NCBI GenBank assembly: GCA_013239625.1
Contig: MU053995.1
Location: 62,001-126,000 of the forward strand
Length of the DNA stretch: 64,000 bases
DNA from: Lama guanicoe
Lineage: Eukaryota
Direction: 5' to 3'
Shown piece by piece: positions 15,086 through 29,240 of the stretch. Position 1 is the stretch's first letter. Each line of letters opens with the position of its first letter. Under the pieces are notes generated by a model that saw nothing but the letters and a program-made list of their open reading frames with translations, was not told where the DNA came from and ran no database searches. Made by a program: the position numbers and the translations under genes.

Positions 15086-18000
15086 TACAAACAAGAAAAC
15101 ATGGAGTTGAAGGGAAACAACTCAACTTCCTATATTAGATCTTATAATAATATAGCCATACTGCACATTCAACTTTGATATATAATCTATCACATAAATT
15201 GGAACATTCTTTCTAGGGTGAAAAAATTATAAAACAATTAAAAATATAAACATAACAAAACCCCATCAAATCCACAACATACATGAAACATTGACATAAC
15301 TAAAGAGAAAAATAATTCCACAACAAAAGTTGAAGATTTTAATATCCCACTTTCAATTCTGGATAGAACAACCAGACAATAAATCATTTGAACATCACTA
15401 TAAGCCAGCTAAGCCCTAAGAGATACATGCAGAGCACTTCACACAATGACAGAATACATTCTCTAAAACACCTGTGGAATATTCACCAGACTATACTATA
15501 TGTTTTTCCCAAAGAAGTCTCAATTAATTTAAACAGATTATAATCATATAAACTATTTTTCTAACATTATTCTTTTTCCCTATTCTTTAAAGAGAGAAAA
15601 CTGGAAAATTTACATAAATGTGAAAAATTAAAAACATATTCTTATTGTGAGTGTAGATAGTAGGGGGAATAAGATAACACAAGTGTAACTTAAATAAAAT
15701 TAAGGACCCCCCCAAAATGAAAGAATAACATATCAAAATAATGGATGTGGTAAAATCCTGGCTTACATATATTTATAGCAGTAAGTACCACATAATAAAA
15801 GGAGAACAATATCAGTTCAATACCTTATTTAGCTCTTTAAGAAACTAGAGAAAGAAGAGGAAAAATTTCTCAAAACTAGCAGAAGTTAGAAGGTATTAAA
15901 GATTAGAGCAAAAATAAATAAAATAGAAAATAGAAAAACCATATAAAAATCAACAAAGACAAAATGTCATACTTCAAATGTTTAACAAATTTGACATGAA
16001 AAACAGAGAGAAGATACAAATAATGAATATTAGCAATGAAAAATATGTCATCATTAATGATGCTACAAAAAGAAAAAGGATTATAAGAGCATGCTATCAA
16101 ACTTAGTTGCCAACACACTACATAAACTATTATCAAATCAAGAGACATGCTAGATACCAAAACCAATTCAGGAATTAGTAGAAATATTTAATAGACTTGT
16201 GTAAAGAAATCAAATAAGTAACAAAACCTCTTTTGAGGAAAAGGCAATGATTATATCATTTCAATGATGACTTATCTCAGACATTTGAAGAATAATAAAG
16301 AGCAATCTTTTTCACACTATTACAATAAATAGAAGAGAAAACACTTTCTCTTTTTCTGTTATTTTATTTTATTTTTTCATCTTTTTAATATTTTTATTGA
16401 AGCATAGTCAGTTTACAATGTTGTGTCAATTTCTGGTGTACAGTACAATTCTTCAGTCATATATGAATATGCATATATTCATTTTCATATTCTTTTTCAC
16501 CATAGGTTAGTACAAGATATTGAATAGTGTTCCATGTGCTATACAGTATAAACTTTTTGTTTATCTAATTTCTGTATATTAGTTAGTATCTGTAAATGTA
16601 GAATTCCAGTTTATGCCTTCTCCACCTCCTCCCCTGGCAACTATAAGTTTGTTTTCTATGTCTGTAATTCTGTTTCTGTTTTGTAAATAAGTTCACTTCT
16701 CCTTTATCAAGATTCTGTGTATAAGTGATATCATATGGTATTTTTCTTCCTCTTTCTGGATTACTTCAATTAGAATGGCATTCTCCAGTACCATCTTTGT
16801 TGCTGCAGATGGCATTATTTTAATATTTTTATGGCTGACTACTATTTCATTGTATAAATATACCATAACTTCTTTATCAAGTCATCTATCAAGGGACATT
16901 TAGGTTGTTTCTATGTCTTGGCTATTGTAAATAGTGCTGCTATGAAAATGGTGTGCATGTATCTGTTTGAATTAACGTTCTCTTTGTATATCCACCCAGG
17001 AGTGAGATTGCTGTATTATATGGTAGGTCTATTTTCAGTCTTTTGAGGAATCTCCATACTGTTTTCCACAGTGGCTGCACCAAACTGCCTTCCCACCAAC
17101 AGTTTAGGAGGGTTTACTTTCCTCCACACCCTCTCCAGTTTTATCAGTTGTGCACTTTTGAATGATGGTCATTCTGACCTCTTTGTAGTTTTGTTTTATG
17201 TTTGCCTGATAATTAATGATATTGAACATTTTTTCATGTGCCTATTGGCCATTTGTACATCTTAACTGGTGAATTGCTTGTTTAGGTAGTCTGCACATTT
17301 TTGGACTGAGTTGTTTGTTTTTTCTTATTAAGTTGTATGAGCTATTTTCATATTCTGAAGACTAAGCTCTTGTCAGTCTCATCTTTTGCAAATATTTTCT
17401 CCCGTTCAATAGGTTCTCTTTTTGTTTTGCTTACAAATTCCTTTGCTGTGTAAAAGCTTGTAAGTTTAATTAAGTCCCATTTGTTTATTTTTGTTTTATT
17501 TGTATAGCTTGGGTAGATTGCCCTAGGAGAATATTGCTGAGATTTGTGTCAGATAACATTTTTCCTGTTTTCCTCTAAGAGGTTTATAGTGTCTTGTCTT
17601 ATGTTTAAGTCTTTGATCCATTTCGAGTTGATTTTTGTGTTTGGTGTAAGGGAATATTCTATCTCCATTGATTTACATTCTGCTGTCCAGTTTTCCCAAC
17701 ACCATTTGCTGAAGAGACTGTCTTTATTCCATTGTATATTCTTGCCTCCTTTGTCTAAGATTACTGACCAAAAGTTTGTGGGTTCATGTCAGTCTGGGCT
17801 CTCTGTTCCATTGGTCCATGTGTCTGTTTTTGTACCAACACCATGCTGTTTTGATGACTGTAGCTCTGTAGTATTATCTGAAGTCTGGGAGGGTTATTCC
17901 TCCATCTTTGTTCTTTTTCTTCAATAATGCTTTGGCAATTCTAGTCTGTTGTGATTCCATAAAATTTTTAGGATTATTATAATTCTGTGAAAAATGTCTC

Positions 18001-20785
18001 AGGTAATTTGATATATATGGCATTATCTGTAGATTGTTTTGGATAGAATGGGCCATTTTGATAATATTAATTCTTCCAATCCAAGAACAGGGGATAGCTT
18101 TCTCTTTCTTTAACTCATCTTAATTTCCTTAGTTGATGTTTTGTAGTTCACTTTCTATAAATCTTTCACTTCCTTGGTCAGATTTATTCCTAAATATTCT
18201 ATTTTTTTTGGATGCAATTTTGAAAGTTCTGTTGTGGTTGTTGTTGTTGCTGTTGCTGTTGTTTTTGTTGTTGTTGTTTCATTTTCCTTTTCTGGTATTT
18301 CATTGTTTGTGTAAAGAAATGCCACTGACTTCTGTATGTTAATCTTGTATCCTGCTACCTTGCCAAATTCTTTTATCAGCTCTAGTAATTACTGTGTGGA
18401 GCCTTTAGGGTTTTCTGTATATAGTATCATGTCATTCACATATAATCACAATTTTACCACTTCTCTTCCAATTTGGATCCCTTTCATTACTTTTTCTCGT
18501 CTAATTGCTATGGCTAGGACTTCCATTACTATACTGAATAGAAGTGGTGAGAGTGGTCATCCTTGTCTTGTTCCAGATTTTAGTAGGAAGAAAGGCTTTC
18601 AACTTTTCACTGTTAAGTATTATGCTGGCTGTAGGTTTGTCATAAATAGTTTTTATTATATTGAGATATTTTTGTCCTTTCTCTTGTTGATGTGGTGTAT
18701 TATATTGATTGAGTTCCGTATGTTGAACCATCCTTGTTTCCCTGGGATGAATCCAGATTGATCATGGTGTATGATCTTTTTTATGTGTTGTTGGATTCTG
18801 TTTGCTAGTATTTTGTTGAGGAATTTTGCATCTACATTCATCACCAGCATTGGCCTATAGATTTCTTTTTTGGTAGTGTCTTTGACTGACTTTGGTATAG
18901 GTGTGATGATGGCTTCATTGAGTTAGTTTGGCAGTATTCCTTCCTTTTCAATCTTTTGGAAGACTTTGAGAAGGATTGGTGTAAGATCTTCATATGGTTA
19001 GTAGAATTCCCCAGTAAACCATCTGGTCCTGGACTTTTGTTGCAGGGAATTGTTTTTTCTTATTTTGTTTATTCGTGTGTTCCATCTTTTCTCTTGGTGA
19101 GCCTGGCCAAAGTTTTGTCAATTTTGTTTACTCCTTCAAAAAATCAGCTCTTGGTTTGATTGATTTTTTTCTATTTTTTAAATCTCTAGCTTATGTATCC
19201 CCCCACCCATGATTTTTATTATTTCTTTCCTTCTGCTGACTTTAGGTTTTGTTTTTTCATCTTTTTCTTATTATTTTGCATGGTAGGTTAGGTTGTTTAT
19301 TAGAGATTGTTCTTCTTTTTTGAAAAAGACCTGTGTTAGTGTAAACTTCCCTCTTAGAACTTTTGCTTTTGCTGCATCTCATAGATTTCTTCTAGTTGTT
19401 TTCATTGTCATATATCTCTAGGTATTTTTTATTTTCTTCTTTGATTTTGTCATTGACCCATTGGTTTTCTGGCAGCATGTTGTTTATTCTCCATGCTGTC
19501 ATTTTTCCTCATTTGTTCTTCTGTGGTGAATTTCTAGTTTCATGCCATTGTGGTCAAAGAAGATGCTTGAAATAATTTCTGGACTCTTAAATTTTCTGAG
19601 GCTTCTTTTGTGCCAATAAATGTGGAATGTTCTAGAGAATGTTCCTTGAGCACTTGAAAAGAATATATATTCTGTTTTGGGAGGATGTAGTGTCCTAAAA
19701 ATAACAACCAAGTCCAGCTATTCTATTGCATCATTTCATATCTCCATTGCCTTATTGATTTTCTAGATGGAAGACATGTCCTGTGATGTTAGAAGGTGTT
19801 AAATTCTCCTACTATTATTGTATCCCATCCTCTTTTCTGTCTGTTGGGATTTGTCTTACATATTTAGATTCTCCTATATTGGGTGCATATATGTTAATGA
19901 GTGTAGTATCTTCATCTTGTATTGAAGCACATTTGAGCACTATATAGCATCCTTCTTTACATCTGTTTATGGCCTTTAATTTTAAAGTCTATCTTGGTTG
20001 AAATCAGTATTGCAATTCCTGCTTTCTTGTTATTTTCATTTGCATAAAATATCTTTTTTCGTCCTTTCACTTTCATTCTGTGTCCTTCATTCTAAAATGT
20101 GTCTTTTGTAGGCAGCATATAGTAGGCTTTTGTTTTATTATCCAATCTGCCACTCTGTGTCATTGTATTGGGACATTTATTCCATTGAAAGTTATAATAA
20201 TTATTGATAGATGTGTATTTATTGCCATTTTGAACTTTGTTTTCCAATTTATTTCATATTTCTTCTTTGTTCCATTTTTTTTCCCTTTTTGTTTTTCTTA
20301 TTGTGGTTTGATAATTTTCTTTTGTATTAGCTTGGTTTCTTTTTGGGGTTTTTGGCTCTACTGTATGCTTTTGATATGTTATTAGCATGTTTTTCAAGTA
20401 TACTAACCCCTTACTATATCTGTTTGCTTTGAACTGATAGGTATGAAGGCCTAAAAATAATGAAAAAAAAAAAAGAAAGAAAAGAGATTTAAAAAAGCCT
20501 ATATTTTCTTGCTCCCCTCTCCCACCTTTTATGGTTTGGATATTCTTTATTTTTATTTTTATTTTTTACATCTTTGTGTTAATTCTCTTGCAATTCACTA
20601 CAGTTATCACATTTCTAATCATGGTTTTCTCATTTCCATAGCTTTTTGTTTCTTTATTTAGAGAGATCTTTTAATAAGTTTAGTATTGCTGAGTTCTTTT
20701 CATTTTTGCTTGTCTGTGAAATTGTTTCTCATACTACTCTAAAAGATAGATTTGCTGGATAGAGTATCCTACATTGCAGCTTTTT

Positions 20786-21810
20786 AAAAATATTTTTTAT
20801 TGGTTTATAATAATTTTACAATGTTGTGTCAGATTCCAATATAGAGCAGAATTTTTCAGTTATACATGAACATATATATTTTTTCACTGTCACAATTTTT
20901 TCTCTGTGAGCTACCATAATCTCTTGTATATATTTCCCTGTGCTGTGCAGTATGATCTTGTTTATCTATTCTACATTTTGAAATCCCAGTCTAGCCCTTC
21001 CCAAACCTACCTCTTTGGAAACCACAAGTTTGTATTCTATGTCTATGAGTCTGTCTCTATTTTGTATCTATGTTTTGTTTATTTGCTTCTTTGTGTCTTT
21101 TTTTAAGTTTTATTTTAGATTCCACATATGAGCATTCTCATATGGTATTTTTCTTTCTCCTTCTGGCTTACTTCACTTAGATTGACATCCTCCAGGAGCA
21201 TCCATGTTGCTGCAAATGGCATTATATTGTCAGATTTTATGGCTGAATAGTATTCCATCATATAAATATACCATATCTTCTTTATCCAGTCATCCTTGGA
21301 TGGACACTTAGGCTGTTTCCATGTCTTGGCTACTGTAAATAGCACTGCTATGAACATTGGGGTGCAGGTGTCATTTTGGAGTAGGGTTCCTTCTGGATAT
21401 ATGCCAGGAGCAGATTTCTGGTGTCATATGTTAAGTGCATTTCTTGTCTTTTGAGGAATCTCCGTGCTGTTTTCCACAGTGGCTGTACCAAACTGAATTC
21501 CCACCAGCAGTGTAGGAGGATTCCCTATTCTCCACAGCCTCTCCAGCATTTATCATTTGTGGATTTTTGAATGATGGCCATTCTGCTTCGTGTGAGGTGA
21601 TATATCATTGTAGTTTTGACTTGCACTTCTCTGGTAATTAGTGATCTTGAGCATATTTTCATGTGCCTATTGATCATTTGTATGTCTTCATGGGAGAATT
21701 GCTTGTTTAGGTCTTCTGCCCATTTTTGGATTGGGTTGTTTGTTTTTTCTTTTTAAGTCATATGAGCTGTTTATATATTCTAGAGATAAAGCCTTTGTCA
21801 CTTTCATCTG
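20786..21810 (-). mobile_element. Additional LINE-1 3' end of about 1 kb, in tandem behind the inner L1
   Basis: Second copy of the ORF2 C-terminus (MFIAVLFTVAKTWKQPKCPS) and 3' UTR. Confidence 0.9.
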
Positions 21811-24800
21811 TAATTTTTTTTAATATTTTTTATTGATTTATAATCATTTTAAAATGTTGTGTCAAGTTCCAGTGTAGAGCAAAATTTTTCAGTTATACAT
21901 GAACATATATATATAGATTGTTACATTTTTTTCTCTGTGAGCTACCATAAGACCTTGTATATATTTCCCTGTGCTATACAGTACAATCTTGTTTATCAAT
22001 TCTACAATTTTGAAATCCCAGTCTATCCCTTCCCACCCCTCAACCCCCTTGGCAACCACAAGTTTGTATTCTATGTCTGGTGAGTCTGTTTCTGTTTCAT
22101 ATTTATGCTTTGTTTGTTTCTTTTTCTTTCTGTTTTTAGATTCCACATATGAGCAATCTCATATGGTATTTTTCTTTCTCTTTCTGGCTTACTTCACTTA
22201 GAATGACATTCTCCAGGAGCATCCATGTTGCTGCAAATGGCGTTATGTTTCAGTTTTTATGGATGAGTAGTGTTCTATCATATAAATATACCACATGTTC
22301 TTTATCCAGTCATCTGTTGGTAGACATTTAACCTGTTTCCATGTCTTGGCTATTGTAAATAATGCTGCTATGAACATTGGTGTGCAGGTGTCATTCTGAA
22401 GTAGGGTTCCTTCTGGATATGTGCCCAAGAGCAGGATTCCTGGGTCATACAGTAAATCTATTCCTACTCTTTTGAGGAATCTCCATACTGTTTTCCACAG
22501 TGGCTGCACCAAACTGCATTCCCACCAGCAGTGTAAGAGAGTTCCCTTTCTCCACAGCCTCTCCAGCATTTGTCATCTGGGGACTTTTGAATAATGGCCA
22601 TTCTGACTGGTGTGAGGTGATACCTCATTTTAGTTTTGATTTGCATTTCTCTGATAATTAGTAATTTTGAGCATTTTATCATGTGTCTATTGATCATTTG
22701 TATGCCTTCCTTGAAGAATTGCTTGTTTACATCTTCTGCCCATGTTTGGATTGGGTTATTTTTTCTTATTGAGTCATATGAGCTGCTTATACATTCTGGA
22801 GACCAAGCCATTTGCAAAATTTTTCCCATTCCATAGATTGTCTTTGTTTTACTTATGGTTTCCTTTACTATGTAGAAACTTATAAGTTTCATTAGGTCCC
22901 ATTTGTTTATTCTCGCTTTTATTTCTTCTAGGAGAAAATTTTTGAGATGTATGTCAGATAATGTTTTGCCTATATGTTCCTGTAGGAGGTTTACTGTATC
23001 TTGTTTTATGCTTAAGTCTTTGACCCATTTTGAGTTTATTTTTGTGTATGGTGTAAGAGAGTGTTCTAGCTTCATTGCTTTACATGCTGCTGTCCAGTTT
23101 TCCCTACCCCATTTGCTGAAGAGACTATCTTTTTTCCATTGTATATTCTTGCCTCCTTTGTTGAAGATTAGTTGATGAAACGTTTGTGGCTTCCTTTCTG
23201 GGCTCTCTATTCTGTTCCATTGGTCTTTATATCTGGTTTTGTACCAATACAATGGTGTCTTGATTACTGTAGCTGTACAGTATTGTCTGAAATCTGTAAG
23301 AGTTATTCCTCCAGCCTTTTTCTTTTTCTTTAGTAATTCTTTGGCAATTCTAGGTCTTTGATGGTTCCATAAGAATTTTATTATGATTTGTTCTAGTTCT
23401 GTGAAATACATCGTGGGTAATTTGATAGAGACTGTTAAATCTGTAGATTGCCTTGGGCATCGTGACCATTTTAACAATATCAATTCTTCCAATCCAAAAG
23501 CATGGGATGTCTTTCCATTTTTTAAAGTCTTCCTCATCAATGGTTTATAGTTTTTTGTGTATAATTCTTTCACATCCTTGGTTAGATTTATTACTAGATA
23601 TTGTATTACTTTGGGTGCTATTTTAAAGGGGATTCTTCATTATTTTCTTTCTCTTTGATTCATCATTAGTGTAAAGAAATGCAACTGATTTTTGAATGTT
23701 AATCTTGTAACCTGCCACCTTGTTGAATCCTTCGATCAGCTCTAGTAGTTTTTGTGTGGACCTTTTAGGGTTTTCTAGATATGGTAACATGTTGACAGCA
23801 TATAATGACACTTTTACCTCTTCTTTCCAATTTGGATCCATTTTATTTCTCTCTCTTGCCTGATTGCTGTGGCTAGGACTTCCAAGACTATGTTGAATAG
23901 GAGTGGTGAGAGTGGGCAGCCTTGTCTTGTCCCAGATTTTAGTGGGAAGCTTTTGAGATATTCACTATTGAGTACTATGCTGGCTGTAGGTTTATATAGC
24001 TTTTATTATGTTGAGATATGTTGCCTCTATACCCACTTTGGCAAGAGTTTTTATCATAAATGGGTGTTGAAATTTATCAAATGCTTTTTCTGCATCTATT
24101 GAGATGATCATGTGGTTTTGTCCTTTGTCTTATTGATGTGATGTATTACATTGATTGTTTTGCTTATGTTGAACCACCCTTGTGTCCCTGGGATCAACCC
24201 AAGTTGTACATGATGTATAATCTTTCATATGTGCTGCTGGATTCTATTTTCTAATATTTTGGTGAGGAATTTGGCATCTATGTTTATCAGTGATATTGGC
24301 CTATAATTCTCTTTTTTGATAGTTTTTTTTTTTTTTTGGCCTGGTTTTGGTATCAGGGTGACAGTGGCTTCATGGAATGAGTTTTGGAGTATTCCCTCCT
24401 TTTCAATCTTCTGGAAGACTTTGAGAAGGACTCTTATGAGTTCTTCATCATATGTTTGGTAGAATTCCCCAGTGAAGCCGTCTGGTCCTAAGTTTTATTT
24501 GTAGGGAGGTTTTTTTATTGCTAATTCGATTTCATTTCTAGTGATCAGTTTGTTCAAGTGGTCAGTTTCTTCTTGGTTCAGTCTTTGTGGACTGCATGTT
24601 CCCAGAATTGTGTCCATCTTCCCTAGGTTATCCATTTTGGTTCCATATAGTTTTTCATAATATTCTCATGTGATATTCTGAATTTCTATTTTATTTGTTG
24701 TAGTTTCTCCATTTTCCTTTCTTAATTTGCTTATTTGTGCTGTCTCTTTTTTCTTCTTTGTGAGTTTGGCCAGAGGTTTGTCAATTTCATTTACTTTTTC

Positions 24801-27800
24801 AAAATACCAGGTTTTGGTTTAATTGTTTTTTTCCTATGGTTTTTTAAATCTCTATTTTATTTATTTCCTCCAGATCTTTATTATTTCCTAACTTACACTG
24901 CCTTTTGAGGTTTTTTGCTCTTCTTTTTATAATTCTTTTAGCTGGTGGGTTAGACTGTTTATTTGAGTTTTTTTTTTTTTTTTGAGGAAGGCCTGGATCA
25001 CTATAAACTTCCCTCTTTTTCCTACCTTTNNNNNNNNNNNNNNNNNNNNNNNNNNNNNNNNNNNNNNNNNNNNNNNNNNNNNNNNNNNNNNNNNNNNNNN
25101 NNNNNNNNNNNNNNNNNNNNNNNNNNNNNNNNNNNNNNNNNNNNNNNNNNNNNNNNNNNNNNNNNTTTTTTTTTTTTTTGTCCTTTGTTTCTCTGTTTCT
25201 GATTTCTAGTTTCATGACATTTTGGTCAGTAAAGATGCTTGAAATAATTTCTATTTTCTTAAAATTATTGACATTTCTTTAGTGCCTAAGTACGTGATCA
25301 ATCCTAGAAAATGTTCCACGTGAACTTGAAAAGAATGTATACCCTATTTTGGGGGAGTGTGTAATGCTCTGAAAATATCCACCAAGTCTAATCTTTCTAT
25401 TGTATTATTTAATATCTCTGTTGCCTTATTTATTTTCTGTCTGGAAGATCTGTCTAGTGATGTTAATACAGTGTTAAAATCTACAACTATGATTATATCC
25501 CTCTTTATCTCTGTTAGTAGTTGTGTTATGTACTTAGGTGTTCCTATATTGGGTGCATATATATTAATGAGTGTAATATCCTCATCTTGTATTACTCCTT
25601 TAATCATTAGAAAATGTCCTTCTTTATCTTTCTTTATGGCCTTGTTTTAAAATCTGTTTTGTCTGAAATCAATACTTCTACATCTGTTTTTTTGGCTTTT
25701 CCATTTGCATGGAATATCCTTTTCTATCCTTTCACTTTCAATCTATATGTGTCCTTCTCTCTGAAGGGGGTCTATTCTATGCAGCATATTGAATGTTCTT
25801 GCTTTATTATCCAGTCTGCCACTCTATGTCTTTAGACTGGAGCATTTAGTCCATTAACAATTACAGTAATTAATGATAGATATGTGTTTATTGACATTTT
25901 GAACTCATTTTTGCAGTTGATTTGGTATTTCTTCTTTGTTCATTTCTTCTTCCTTTTGTGGTTTGGTAATTTTCCTTTGTATTATCATGGATTTTATTTA
26001 GTTTTTGTGACCCCCTTGTAAGTTCTTGGCTTCTGGTTACCCTTTTTTGTAAGTTTATTAGCCCATTAGTATATCTCAAATCCATTGTATCAAGAACAAA
26101 AATTTTTAAAAGAAAGAAAGAAATACTCTATATTTTCTTGCTTCCCTCTCCCACTTTCAATGATTTAGATGTCTTCTATTACAATTTTGTGTTTATTTTA
26201 TTTGTAATTCATGAGTTATCACCTTTCCAGTTATGAGTTTCTCATTTCTGTAGCATCCTGATGCTTTTCTATTTAGAGTAGACCTTTTAGTATTCCTTTT
26301 AGCATGGGTTTAGTGTTGCTAAACTCTTGTTGCTTTTGCTTCTTGTGAAATTCTTTCTCTCTCCTTCTATCCTAAAGGGTAGACTTGCTGGATAAAGTAT
26401 CCGAGGCTGCATCTGTTTCCATTCAGGACTTTGAATATATCTTGCCACTCCCTTCTGGCCTGTAGTGTTTGTGTAGAGAAATCAGCTGAGAGCCTTATGG
26501 GGGTTCCTTTGTAGCTTACTCTTTACTTTTCTCTTGCTGCCTTAGGATCCTTTCTTTATCCTTGACTCTGGCCATCTTGATTATGATTTGTCTTGGTGTG
26601 GGTCTGTTCGGGTTCCTCCTGTTTCAGACCCTCTGAACTTCCTGTACTTGGATATCTGATTCCTTCTTTAAGTCTGGGAAGTTTTCAGTCATGATTTCTT
26701 CAAATACCTATTCAATCCCCTTTGATCTTTCTTCCCCTTCTGGGACCCCTATTATGCATAGATTGATATGCTTTATATTATCCCATAGGTCCCTTATGTT
26801 GGTTTCATTTGTTTTTATTTGTTTATCTTGCATTTGTTCTGATTGGGTGCTTTCTGTTGTCCTGTCTTGTAGGTCACATATTCATTCCTCTGCACTATCT
26901 AGTCTGCTTTGCAGAGCCTTTAGATAAGTTCTCATCTCAACCAATGAGTTTACCAATTCTACTTGGCTCTTCTTTATAGCTTCAATTCCATTTTTGACAT
27001 ATTTTATATCTCTAAACACTATCTCTTTTAGTTCCTTCAGTACTTTGATCGCTCCTTTTTTGAAATCTTGATCTAATAGGCTATCGATGTCTATTTCATT
27101 GATCATTCTTTCAGGAAATTTCTCTTGTTCTTTTAATTGGGAGTGGCTCCTCTGCTTCTTCATCTTGCTCATACCTCTCTGGCACTGTGGTTTTTGGAGT
27201 ATCAGTTATCTATTGTAGTCCTTAAGGATTTTTGTTTGTTTGTTTGTTTGTTGTTTATTTATTTACCTATCTATCTAATGCCTATGTAGGAATAAAACTT
27301 ACAGAGAATTTTAAAAGAAGGGAGAGAAAAGGTTTAAAAGCAGTGTATAATCAAGTATAGAAGAGCAACTTGAATCAGACTAAACCCAGTCTTTTTTTAA
27401 AAACCTTAAAAAATGAAAAAAAGATTAAAAAATATATGAAACGTCTGTATAATCAATAACAGGAGATTTAAAGCAAAAGAAGTGAAAATGAAATCAGTTG
27501 GGGTTTTTTTAAATAACAATAATATGACTACTTTAAAAGAAAAATTTTAAAGGAATTAAAAGTAGAAGCATATACAATTGTTTAGAAAGTAGAAATTTAA
27601 AAGATAGAACAGATAATAAAAGATAAAGAGAGAATTTTAAAAGAAGGGAGGGAAAAAAGTTTGAAAACAGTGTAAATGAATAATAGAAGAGCACGTTCAA
27701 GCAGAATAGCAATCGGGTTGAGATATCTCTTAAAAATCTTTAAAAAAGGAGAAAAGAGAAAAAATATATTTGAAACCTGTGTATAGTCAATAACAGGAGA

Positions 27801-29240
27801 TAAAAGTGAAGAGAAATAAAAATAACATGATGTGGAATTTTTAAAATAATAGTATTATTTTAAAAGAAAAAATTTTAAAGAGAATAAAACTGGGAACATA
27901 TACAATTATTCAAAAAGTAAAAATTAAAAAGATAATAGAAAATAGAACACATAAAACAGATTTAAAAAAACAAAAGGGGGGGTGTTCTCCTGGGGACTGT
28001 GTGCCCTTAATGAGAAGTCTTTCTGTCTTCACCCTGTTTTGGGAACTCAGCTTGCTGTTTACAGAACACCCTCATCTGTGCTGTTCCCAGTGCCTGTTGG
28101 CAAGCAGGTCACCCCCTCCCAATACTGGCTCAGGTGCAGCTCTCCTTTGCTGTTGACCAGCAGGTCACTGCCCCACCTGATTCCACAGTCAGATGTTGCA
28201 GATTTGCCAGGTAGAAGGGTGGGTGGTGCCCCCTCCCAGCACCGCAGTCAGGGACTGTCTTCCTGCCAGAAAAGCGGGAGGCTGCCAGCTCTCTCCTGGC
28301 GCCATCACTCCAAAGCCCTGTGGCACTGCACGCTCATCCTGGGGTCAGTGCTCCTCTCCTCTCCAAAGGCGGGCTTGGGGAAGATCAAGGAACAGCCCCA
28401 ACCCTGCTCCAGGCCAAAACCCAGCTCCTTGTTTGTCTTGGTGGCGCAAGTTCTTTGAGGGACCAGGACGGAACAATCCTATCTACCTCAGGCTGTCGAC
28501 AACTCACTGTCTGGCCTTTGAGGCTGCTGAGCCCCCAGGTGCGGATTCAGGTTTTGCCCCACCCCCACCTGGGTGCTAAGCGCTGGAGGATATGGTGGCT
28601 GTGTCTGAGCCCCACACCTGTTTGCCCAAAAAACTTCCATGGGTTTTCAGAGATGGGGTTATGCACTTTCCCCCCAGGACACATCAGCTGTGTTGTTTTA
28701 TGGAGGGCCCAGTTTGTTCTGCCCTGTGCACTCACTCAACCATGGTGCACAGCCCCCTGAAGTCCCCTAGGACTGCCTCAGTGCAGCTGCCACAGTCCTC
28801 TGTCCGGCTCTGGCAGCCTGTTCCAGCCCCTAGCTACCAGCTCACGGGTTGGGCTGCGTGTCACAGGGACCACCTGTGCCCATTTAACTTAGTTTTTTTG
28901 GTCAAGGGCTGCTCTGTACAGATCTGAGCTTTGGAGGCTCCCCCTCCTTCCCGTTGGCCTCTCAATTGGAAAAGGGGAGACCCAGCGAATGACCATTAGT
29001 CCTCCTTTGCCGCTCCCTCCCCACGGGACCAATCCTGCACTGTTTTGCCTTTTCTTCTTTCTCTTTTCCTTTTCTCCTACCAGATTTTTGATGTCTTTGT
29101 CTTTTCAAGAGGACAATATTCTGTCATAGTTTGGCAGGTGCTCAGGTTGGCTGAGTGGGTCCATGGATGTGAGTCCTGTATTTGTGGGATAGGGTGAGCT
29201 ACGACTGTCCTACTGCTCTGCCATCTTCTCTTTCTCCTCC
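21811..29240 (-). mobile_element. Full-length LINE-1 (inner), inactive
   Basis: 5' UTR 27173-29240; ORF1 start at 27172 (MSKMKKQRSHSQLKEQEK); ORF2 fragments including the 369-aa ORF 22464..23573; 3' UTR and A-tail. Confidence 0.95.
25030..25165. other. Assembly gap (136 N)
   Basis: Run of n. Confidence 1.

Noticed and set aside
22464..23573. 369-aa ORF, the longest in the window
   Set aside because: Frameshifted fragment of L1 ORF2; the element is not retrotransposition-competent
24844..25215. ORFs with X runs
   Set aside because: Artefacts of the N gap
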